Positions 1 to 9,700 of a DNA stretch of 36,546 bases are shown here, one piece after another. Both the position numbers and the translations under genes were made by a program. The number at the start of each line of letters is the position of its first letter. Positions within the stretch are counted from its first letter, which is position 1. Source of the DNA: Methanolinea sp. UBA477 (lineage in GTDB: Archaea > Halobacteriota > Methanomicrobia > Methanomicrobiales > Methanospirillaceae); assembly GCA_002509485.1 (NCBI GenBank), contig DAWO01000072.1, positions 5,357 through 41,902 on the forward strand, in the 5' to 3' direction. The notes beneath the pieces were generated by a model. It did not search any database. It saw only the letters and a program-made list of their open reading frames with translations, and was not told where the DNA came from.

Positions 1-159
1 CATAGTATCCATATACCTCCACCCCCACTTTCACGATGGGTCCAGGTGCAGTTATCAAGATCCCAGCCGACATTCAGGTAAGAAAACCCGTGGAGGCCAG
101 GACCGATCACGACACCCAATGATCGCCGACCGGGCCCGGGATTCACGGTATTCGCGAAG

Positions 160-981
160 TCAGATCCAGGCAACCGAGAGTGGTTTTCGTCTTGGGATCG
201 CATGCACCCTGTACTGCGGATGTCCAAACATCATCGCGTACGCAAGCTCCCTCCCGTCCGGCAGGCCGAGTTCCTGCCGGAGCGGTGCATACTCCCGTGC
301 TGCGCCTGCGACGAATCCCGCCCAGCATGTCCCGATCCCGAAAGCCGGTGCCGCGAGATCGAAATGCGCGAGCGCTATGATCGCATCAAACACTGCCAGC
401 GGGTTGCCTTCTGGAATGTGGGCGACGAGGAGGTGCGGGGCTCCGCGGCAGATGACGTCGTGCCCGGCATCCCACGCACTGATCAGGCCATGCACAAAGC
501 CGCTCATCGGGTGGTCTCTGTTCTGTATCGACCTCATCCAGTCGATGGTCAGGCGGGCTACCTCATGTACCTTCGCCGGATCGTGCACGACAATCCATTC
601 CACCGGCTGGCCGTTGCATCCCGAGGGTGCGTACCTGGCGATGTCGAGAACTTCTGCGATCGTCTCCCTCGGAACGGGCTCTCCCGTGTAATGACGGACA
701 GACCGCCGCATCTTCATGTAGTATCCCAGGTCATTGGGGGAGATGGTTCCTGCACCGGCGGGAAGCATCTCCTTTTCGTCCGGTCGAATGTTCAATACGA
801 GTGCGTCCGACGGGCAGTAGGCTTCACAATGGCCGCACTGGATGCACAACCCTGCTTTTTCTTCTGCAACTTCCGGCACACCAGCTCCACCGGCAGGATC
901 GATAATCCTGCTTGGGCATACCTCCGAGCAGATCCCACACCGGGTGCAGAGATCCCGGTCAACACGTATCGTTGCCATCAT
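160..981 (-). CDS. Ferredoxin-domain / nitroreductase-family fusion oxidoreductase
   Basis: 273-aa ORF. The N-terminus has two 4Fe-4S motifs (CTRCGICSEVCP and CIQCGHCEAYCP), followed by a nitroreductase-like body (RRSVRHYTGEPV, APHLLV). GGAGG lies just upstream of the ATGATG start. Confidence 0.8.
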   Translation of the reverse strand: MMATIRVDRDLCTRCGICSEVCPSRIIDPAGGAGVPEVAEEKAGLCIQCGHCEAYCPSDALVLNIRPDEKEMLPAGAGTISPNDLGYYMKMRRSVRHYTGEPVPRETIAEVLDIARYAPSGCNGQPVEWIVVHDPAKVHEVARLTIDWMRSIQNRDHPMSGFVHGLISAWDAGHDVICRGAPHLLVAHIPEGNPLAVFDAIIALAHFDLAAPAFGIGTCWAGFVAGAAREYAPLRQELGLPDGRELAYAMMFGHPQYRVHAIPRRKPLSVAWI

Positions 982-1087
982 TCATCTCCTCCAGCTATTT
1001 TGAAAAAACAGCAGATCGAGCTGGTACATTTTCTTCAACGGAATATATAGATATGACATTTTAAAACACGTATAGGGGAATCAAAGA

Positions 1088-1555
1088 GTGCCTTCATTCG
1101 TTTATCGTACCGGAGATATCACCGATATCGCGATAGTCAGCCCGCTCTGGTACCAGCTCAATGACCACCATCATGCTCATGCCCGGGCGCATCAAGCAGT
1201 ATACGAGCGGATGACCTTTGAGAAGCGAAAGGAGCATTTTGAACGGATCGCGGCGGCCGGAGCCCTCCGCGTAGATCTTGCCCCTGATACCGCTGCGGAC
1301 AGGTACATCGGATACTGCATCACATCACTTTCTCCCGACGGGACAGGCGAGATCGAGTCGATATTTGTCGAAGAACATTATCACTCGGCCGGGATTGGAA
1401 CAGCCCTTGTTCAACGGGCGCTCGCATGGCTGGAGAAGAACAGCCCGGCCAGAATCCAGGTCTCGATCGCCGACGGAAACGAGGAGACCTTCTCCTTTTA
1501 CCGGCGGTTCGGGTTTTACCCACGAAGAACGATACTCGAGCAGAAAAGGGGATAG
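1088..1555 (+). CDS. GNAT-family N-acetyltransferase
   Basis: 155-aa ORF with a GTG start. Acetyl-CoA motif A-like HSAGIGTALVQRAL and C-terminal FYRRFGF are typical of the GNAT fold. Confidence 0.75.
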   Translation: MPSFVYRTGDITDIAIVSPLWYQLNDHHHAHARAHQAVYERMTFEKRKEHFERIAAAGALRVDLAPDTAADRYIGYCITSLSPDGTGEIESIFVEEHYHSAGIGTALVQRALAWLEKNSPARIQVSIADGNEETFSFYRRFGFYPRRTILEQKRG

Positions 1556-1636
1556 AACGCAATCCGTCGGCCTGCCGTATCATTTATCTCACTTTCCCGC
1601 GAATATTCGATTACGGGAAAAGAGGCTTTTTAAGGA

Positions 1637-2136
1637 ATGGACTTTTTCATACGGGAGATGGCCGATGTCGACAGGGGAGATGTCCGCCGGATTCTCCCTG
1701 AGAGCCATTGCCACCGGCAACGCAACATTCGAATCGGAGGCCCCTTCATGGGAGCACTGGGATGCAGGCCACACCCGATCCTGTTGCCTGGTTGCCAAAA
1801 CGCGATGGAAAAATTCTTGGCTGGGCGGCACTCTCACCCTTCTCCGGGCGATCCGTTTACTCCGGCGTGGCTGAAGTCAGTATCTACGTTGGAAGTGACG
1901 CCAGGGGGCTGGGAGTCGAAGATGGACTCCTGGCGGGACTCGTCACCGAATCTGAACGAGAGGGTTTCTGGACGCTGCAGGCAGGGATCTTTCCTGATAA
2001 CCGGTCCAGCCTCGCCCTTCACGAGAAGCATGGTTTCCGCGTCGTCGGCTGCCGTGAACGCCTGGGCCGGATGAGGAGCGGTACCTGGCGTGATGTGCTG
2101 CTGCTTGAGAGGAGAAGCGGGAGAACAGGTCTCTGA
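1637..2136 (+). pseudogene. Phosphinothricin/MSO N-acetyltransferase-like (PAT, GNAT) gene disrupted by two +1 frameshifts
   Basis: PAT-like sequence is spread over three frames. MDFFIREMADVDRGDVRRI is in the frame of 1637. AIATGNATFESEAPSWEHWDAGHTRSCCLVAK is in the frame of 1278. RDGKILGWAALSPF...VAEVSIYVGSDARGLG...IFPDNRSSLALHEKHGFRVVG is in the frame of 1708. The shifts lie near 1700-1706 and in the A4 run at 1797-1800. Confidence 0.7.
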
Positions 2137-2289
2137 TTCCCAGCTGCTTTTGTATCCCGGAGCAAGGGAGGGGTGTTCCTGCACCGCCCGTGTGCATGAT
2201 ATACCGCCTGGATATTCCGGATTCAATGTGTATCATGATACCGGACCCGGATCTTTATATTTTATTACCATTCCTCCTGAACTTGAGTC

Positions 2290-3003
2290 GTGGACCCAGT
2301 CATCGGACGCATACGCCAGGAATTAAAAGAGAATGCAGATCCGGAGATCAAAAGAAGTTCACAGCGCTTCTTCAGGGAGCTGATCACCTGTTATGGCATG
2401 AAGACTGCCAGGGTCACTGCCATCGCAAAGAAGTACTGGAAGGATATTTCTGAGCGCGATAAAAACGACGTCTTCTCACTCTGCGAAGAGCTCTACCGCT
2501 CGGGGTACATTGAAGAATCTTTCATCGTATCAGACTGGACATACCGGCTGAAAGACAGGTATGAACGGGAGGATCTCGAGGTCTTCCGGCACTGGATCGA
2601 CACGTATATCACCAACTGGGCATCATGCGACGGGTTCTGCAATCACACAATGGGTGAATTCGTAGAAAAGTTCCCTGAAACGATCGAAGAGCTGAGAGAC
2701 TGGACCCGATCCGGGAACCGCTGGATGCGGAGGGCGGCAGCGGTCTCCCTCATCATACCCGCAAAACATGGCAGGTTCCTTGACGAGTCGATCGGGATTG
2801 CCCGTCTCCTGCTGACCGACGATGATGACATGGTGCAGAAGGGCTATGGCTGGCTTCTCAAGGAGGCGAGCCGGAAGCACACTGATGAGATATTCTCGTT
2901 TGTCATGGCCAACAAGCGGGGGATGCCACGTACCGCACTTCGCTATGCGATCGAGCTGATGCCAAAAGAACTGAAAGCCGAGGCGATGAAGAAGGACTGG
3001 TAA
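2290..3003 (+). CDS. DNA alkylation repair enzyme-like (AlkD/HEAT-repeat family) protein
   Basis: 237-aa ORF with a GTG start. N-terminal IRQELKENADPEIKRSSQRFF, plus WMRRAA and KGYGWLLKE, are as I remember for this family. Confidence 0.65.
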   Translation: MDPVIGRIRQELKENADPEIKRSSQRFFRELITCYGMKTARVTAIAKKYWKDISERDKNDVFSLCEELYRSGYIEESFIVSDWTYRLKDRYEREDLEVFRHWIDTYITNWASCDGFCNHTMGEFVEKFPETIEELRDWTRSGNRWMRRAAAVSLIIPAKHGRFLDESIGIARLLLTDDDDMVQKGYGWLLKEASRKHTDEIFSFVMANKRGMPRTALRYAIELMPKELKAEAMKKDW

Positions 3004-3038
3004 CCCTGCGCGAAAAAGGGGTTTTCAGGGACAATTCG

Positions 3039-3341
3039 TCAGTTCGTTCTTCCGAGTTTTTCTCTTACGTAGTCAAAATCGCCTTCCTGTGCATCCACTT
3101 CATAGAGCATGGGTCCAAAGCAGGGTTTTTTGAAGGGAAGAAGGATCTTCTTTCGTTTTATCCTGAGTCCCAGGAGCATAGGACTATCCAGGAGAATAGT
3201 GATTCCCCGGAAATCGAAACCTGGAGGTATTTCGTAGTACTCCGCGCACGTCCTTTTCACGTAATCGTTGATCTCCTCTTCTGAGCTATCCTTCAGGATT
3301 ATGGTGGAGCTGAGCCTGTTTATGCAACGGGACTGCGACAT
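3039..3341 (-). CDS. Hypothetical protein
   Basis: 100-aa ORF with ordinary protein-like composition filling an otherwise empty interval. No recognisable motif. Confidence 0.4.
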   Translation of the reverse strand: MSQSRCINRLSSTIILKDSSEEEINDYVKRTCAEYYEIPPGFDFRGITILLDSPMLLGLRIKRKKILLPFKKPCFGPMLYEVDAQEGDFDYVREKLGRTN

Positions 3342-3660
3342 CAGGAATCTGTTTTGGCGTCATCAGATAAAAAAGGTATTTTCCGAGAGATCTCATCAAT
3401 CACTGCTCATTCCAGGCGGTATTCTCCACGATTGGGTGTATCACGATTCCGGGAAGACCCCTACGAAGCCGGAGGAAAAGCCGTATGATCGTGATGCCGG
3501 AGTGCTGGTGAAACTGACTGCCGCTGCTCCTTTCCCGAACAGCTGCGTGCGTTGCACAGTCCCATGATAGGTTTGATCCATGGCACGAGGACACGAAATT
3601 CACTCGTAAAAATGGGTTTTGCTCGTTCAACACGCGATGAAATGGAAAAACCACGGGATG

Positions 3661-3700
3661 TATTTATATACTATGAATTCATCATTGAGAATAAAGGTGG
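3661..3700 (+). promoter_or_regulatory. Candidate TATA box (TATTTATATA, 3661-3670) and SD-like site (AAAGGTGG, 3693-3700) for the giant surface-protein gene
   Basis: The A/T-rich octamer lies about 40 nt upstream of the ATG at 3706. GGTGG lies 5-6 nt upstream of that ATG. Confidence 0.4.
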
Positions 3701-3705
3701 CATTT

Positions 3706-6700
3706 ATGAAAATTGAACGCATCGTGCTACTGTTAGTACTCTTGGTGCCTATTTTGGGGATCCCCTGTGTGAGTGCCACAGCGGATATCCCACAGGATGG
3801 TGCACAACTCTTTCCATATACCTGTCCCTGTGACGGGATGGAATGTGTAACACAACCCGATCCGGGTGACCTGAACAAGACATTCGCCTCGTTTCCCCTT
3901 ATTTTTATCAGGAATGCAGGCCAGTTCCCAGAGGATTTTCTCTATATGGTCATCTCAGATGCCGGTCCGATCTCGTTTGGGAAGAACGGGTCAGAGCTCA
4001 TAATGACCTCTCCGGGGACGTTGGAGCCTGCACGGTCCGGCTACCGGTTCGACGGTGCAGATGGCGAATGCCTGGTTGAAGGAGTAAATCCGCTCGCCTG
4101 CGAGGCCAACTTCTTCTACGGGAGGGACTCGTCGCAATGGGTGACAGGTGTTGATACATACCGTGCGATTCGGTATACTGATCTCTACCCGGGAATCGAT
4201 CTCCTCTACGAAGGAGTGAGCGCCGGTCTCAAGAGCACATATTTCGTCGATCCGGGTGCAGACCCGGGACAGATCGCTCTTGTATACCATGGCCAGGACG
4301 AGATCTCGGTTGCGGATGACGGGACACTGGTATTGTCATCAGTGAACGGAACCATCACCCACAGTGCCCCGTACTGTTACCAGGTGATCGACGGATCGGT
4401 TGTGGAGGTGTCCTGCGACTATACAATCACCGAGACCGGATCCGTCGGATTTATAGTCGGCGACTATGACCGGAGCCGCGAACTTGTCATTGACCCGGTA
4501 CTCCAGTACAGCCTCTATCTCAAGGGTGTCGGCATGCACGATGCCAATGGCGTAGCCCTCGATTCGGGGAGAAATGCCTACGTTACCGGGGTAACCTATG
4601 AAACACCTTACACGGTTCCGGCCGGAAGCAGCGGGGCCAATGCCGGCGGGACCGACGTCGTCGTCGTCAAGATAAACTCCGGCGGGACCGCTCCCGTCTA
4701 TATCGCCTATCTCGGAGGCACCGGAGATGAAACAGGATGGGGTATCAGGGTAGATGATAGCGGCAGCGCCTATGTCGTGGGGACAACCGACTCCCCCGAT
4801 TTCCCGGTGGAAAATGCGCTCCAGCCCAACCTTGCCGGACTGAATGATGCGTTCATAGCGAAACTTGCGCCGGATGGAAGATCCCTTGTCTATTCCAGCT
4901 ACATGGGCGGACCCGACGAAGATTACGGATATGCAATTGCACTTGACGATGCGAACAATGCATATATCACCGGGTCTACCCAGTCCTCGTCGTTCCCTGT
5001 CCCGGCCTCTCTCCAGAGGACAACCCGTCACGGAATATCAGATGCGTTCCTGATGAAGGTCAGCAGCACTGGCGACGAGCTTCTCGACAGGGAATTTATC
5101 GGCGGATGGATCAGGGAGACCGGGTACGGCATCGCCGTCGATGAAAGCGGCAATGCATATATCGCCGGTTCGACCGATTCACGTGACTTCCCTGTTACTC
5201 AAAATGCATTCCAGACAACTTGGGGAGGAAACTGGGATGGATTCGTTACAAAGATCGCGCCCTCCGGTGATCCGTTCGTCTACTCCACCTTCCTTGGGGG
5301 AACTGAAATCGATAACTGCCGGGCGATCGACATCGACAGCGAGGGATATGCCTACGTGACCGGCCAATCCCAAAAGAGTACACTTGGGACAAACTTCCCC
5401 ACCACACCCGATGCATTCAAGCCTGAAAATCCCGGCATTATCTCCTCTTATTACACACGTATTATGCCATCAGGAAGTGCTCTCGCGTATTCGACCTTCC
5501 TTACAGGACCGCGGCTAGATGAGGGACGCGGTATCTCTGTCACCCCGTCCGGTTCCGTCTATATCACCGGGATCACCAAGGCAAAAAACATGGAGACCAT
5601 CAACGCGATCCAGCCGACCTATGGCGGCGACCCGGAAGACGCATTCGTCGCAAAGTTCGTGAACGGGGAGCCGATCCCCGTATACCTCACCTTCCTCGGA
5701 GGGGATGAGAAGGATGAAGGGCATGCGGTTGTCGCAGACGGGGTGTGCGGCGTCTATGTCGTTGGATGGACCAGGTCCACCGACTTCCCGACCTCGGATC
5801 CCTATCCAGATCCCTTCCTCCCGACGGGTGAGATAGCCGGGTTCATATCACTTATCTGGGACTATCCTGACTGCTGTATTCCGCCCGTAGCAGACTTCGA
5901 TGCCGACCCTGACTCAGGGTACGCTCCACTGACAGTCCAGTTCACCGACAACTCGCAGAACAACGTGAATGCATGGTTCTGGGAATTCGGCGATGGGGCT
6001 ACGTCTACTGAGCAAAACCCAATGCACACCTACCAGGAGATCGGTACATATACCGTCACCCTGACCGTGACGAACGACTGCGGGTCCGATTCTGCGTCTG
6101 CACCAATCAATGCCATCTGCCTTGAACCGGTAGCAAATTTCACCGCAGACCCGGAGTCAGGATATGCTCCCCTTACTGTCCAGTTCACCGACACCTCGCT
6201 GAATAACGTGACTTCATGGTTATGGGACTTCGGTGATGAAACGACATCCGAGGAGCAGAACCCGACTCACACATTCAATGAAATCGGGACATTTACCGTT
6301 ACACTGACAGTGAACAACGACTGTGGTTCTGACTCAACTTCCGCTCCAATTACTACAAGCTGTCTTGAACCGGTAGCAAATTTCACCGCGAACCCGGAGT
6401 CAGGATATGCTCCCCTTACTGTCCAGTTCACCGACCATTCGGAAAACAACGTGAACTCATGGTTATGGGACTTCGGTGATGAAACGACCTCCACTGTGCA
6501 AAATCCAGAACATACTTTCAGCGAGGTCGGGACTTACAACGTTACTCTCACTGTCTGGAATGACTGTGGAACCGACTCTACCTCGGCTCCCATCAATACC
6601 GAATGTCTCGAGCCGGTTGCACAGTTCACCGCAGACCCGACTTCAGGGTACGCTCCACTCACCGTCCAGTTCACTGACACCTCGCTGAATAACGTGACTT

Positions 6701-9700
6701 CATGGTCCTGGGAGTTCGGGGATGGGGCTACGTCTACTGAGCAGAACCCAACGCACACCTATCAGGAGATCGGGACATATACTGTCACCCTGACCGTGAC
6801 GAACGACTGCGGGTCCGACTCCACTTCCGTTCCGATTAACACGAGCTGCCTTGAACCAATCGCCCAGTTCACGGCAGAGCCGACTTCAGGGTACGCTCCG
6901 CTCACCGTCCAGTTCACCGATCAATCAACCGAGGATCCGGACTCCTGGTTCTGGGACTTCGGCGACGGAGCAACCTCCGAGGAGCAGAATCCTGAACACA
7001 CCTTCGATGAGGTCGGGACTTACACCGTAGAACTCACCGTGTGGAATGACTGCGGTACCGATTCTACTTCGACTCCGATCGAGGCCATCTGTCTCGAACC
7101 GGTCGCGGCATTCACCGCGGACCCTGACTCAGGGTACGCTCCGCTCACCGTCCAGTTCACCGATCAATCAACCGAGGATCCGGACTCATGGTATTGGGAC
7201 TTCGACGATGGATCAAACTCCACTGTGCAAAATCCAGAACATACTTTCAGCGAGGTCGGGTTATACAACGTTACTCTCACTGTCTGGAATGACTGTGGAA
7301 CCGACTCTACCTCGGCTCCCATCAATACAGAATGTCTCGAGCCTATCGCTGCATTCACCGCTGACCCTGACTCAGGGTACGCTCCGCTCACCGTCCAGTT
7401 CACCGATCAATCAACCGAGGATCCGGACTCCTGGTTCTGGGACTTCGGCGACGGAGCAACCTCCGAGGAGCAGAATCCTGAACACACCTTCGATGAGGCC
7501 GGGACTTACACCGTAGAACTCACCGTGTGGAATGACTGCGGTACCGATTCTACTTCGACTCCGATCAATGCCTATTATTGCCCGCCGCCGGTCGCAGATT
7601 TCACCGCGGACCCGACTTCCGGACGTGCCCCACTCACCGTCCAGTTCACCGATCAATCAACCGAGGATCCTGACTCCTGGTACTGGGAGTTTGGGGACGG
7701 CGCTACGTCCACCGAGCAGAACCCGGTGCACACCTACACTTCGGTGGGAACCTACACCGTGAAACTGACGGCGTATAACGACTGTGGATATGACTCGACA
7801 ACGGCTCCGATCAACGCCATCTGTCTCGAACCGGTCGCACAGTTCACCGCGAACCCGACTTCCGGACCTGCCCCACTCATTGTCCAGTTCACTGACCAAT
7901 CCCAGAACAATGTTCAATCGTGGCACTGGGACTTTGGCGATGGAACGACATCCAATCTGCAGAATCCGACGCACACATTCGATGAGGTCGGAACATACAC
8001 CGTGACCCTGACTGTCCAGAACGACTGCGGATCTGATTCCACATCGGCTCCGATCAATGCCATCTGTCTTGAACCCGTTGCGCAGTTCATCGCTGACCCT
8101 GACTCAGGGTACGCTCCGCTCACCGTCCAGTTCACCGACAACTCGCAGAACAACGTGGACACGTGGTTCTGGGACTTCGGCGACGGAGCAACCTCCGAGG
8201 AGCAGAATCCTGAGCACACGTTCGATGAGGCCGGGACATACACCGTAGAACTCACCGTGTGGAATGACTGCGGTACCGATTCTACTTCGACTCCGATCAA
8301 TGCCTATTATTGCCCACCGCCGGTCGCCGCATTCACCGCCGAACCCGACTCAGGATACGCTCCACTCACCGTCCAGTTCACCGATCAATCAACCGAGGAT
8401 CCGGACTCCTGGTTCTGGGAGTTTGGGGACGGCGCTACCTCTACCGTGCAGAACCCGACACATACCTTCACCGAGGTCGGGACATACACCGTGAAACTGA
8501 CAGCCTACAACGAGTGTGGATCTGGTTCAACAACGGCCCCGATCAACGCCATCTGTCTCGAACCGGTCGCGGCATTCACCGCGAACCCGACTTCCGGAGG
8601 TGCCCCACTCATTGTCCAGTTCACTGACCAATCCCAGAACAATGTTCAATCGTGGCACTGGGACTTTGGCGATGGAACGACATCCAATCTGCAGAATCCG
8701 ACGCACACATTCGATGAGGTCGGAACATACACCGTGACCCTGACAGTGAACAATGACTGTGGTACCGACTCGGCTTCCAGCGATATCCAGGTTCTCGATT
8801 GCCCACCGCCGGTGGCCGACTTCAGTGCTGAACCCAACTCCGGGTATGCACCACTGACAGTCCTGTTCACCGATCTCTCGACCGAGAACCCCGAATCGTG
8901 GTTCTGGGAGTTTGGAGATGGATCTACATCAGAGGAGCAGAACCCAGAGCATACCTTCACCGGGGTCGGAACGTACAACGTGAAACTGACCGTCTGGAAT
9001 GAATGCGGATTCGATTCAAAGACACTCCCGGTCCAGGCCATCTGTCTTGAACCAGTCGCCCAGTTCACGGCAAATCCCACTTCCGGGTACGCGCCGCTCA
9101 CCGTCCAGTTCACCGACAACTCCTTAAATGACGTCATCTCGTGGAACTGGAACTTCGGAGACGGAACAACTTCCACGGAACGAAACCCGACACACACGTT
9201 CACTGAAGTCGGGACATATACCGTGACCCTGACCGTGACGAACGACTGTGGGACCGACTCCACTTCCGCTCCAATCAATGCGATCTGCCTTGAACCGGTC
9301 GCAGATTTCACGGCAAATCCAAATTGGGGAGATGTTCCGCTCACCGTCCAGTTCGCTGACACCTCCCAGAACAACGTGACTTCATGGTTCTGGGATTTCG
9401 GGGATGGTACCACTTCAACAGTGCGAAACCCCGAGCATACGTTCACTGAAATCGGGACGTACTCGGTAACTCTGACCGTGGAGAACAACTGCGGTACCGA
9501 TTTCATATCCAGGGACATCGAGGTCGTCTACTGCCCGCCGCCGGTGGCCGACTTCACCTATGAAGGGAATCCGTGCCCGCCACCGCTCAATGCCCAGTTC
9601 AACGACCGATCGACAGGAGATCCAACCTCCTGGTACTGGGAGTTCGGCAACGGTGACACCTCCACGGAGCAGAATCCGTGCTACACCTACTACGACCCGC

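Noticed and set aside
1-125. Possible 5' part of a minus-strand gene leaving the window (LGVVIGPGLHGFSYLNVGWDLDNCTWTH...), starting at TTG 125 or GTG 116.
   Set aside because: Only about 40 codons are visible, there is no ATG and there is no recognisable motif.
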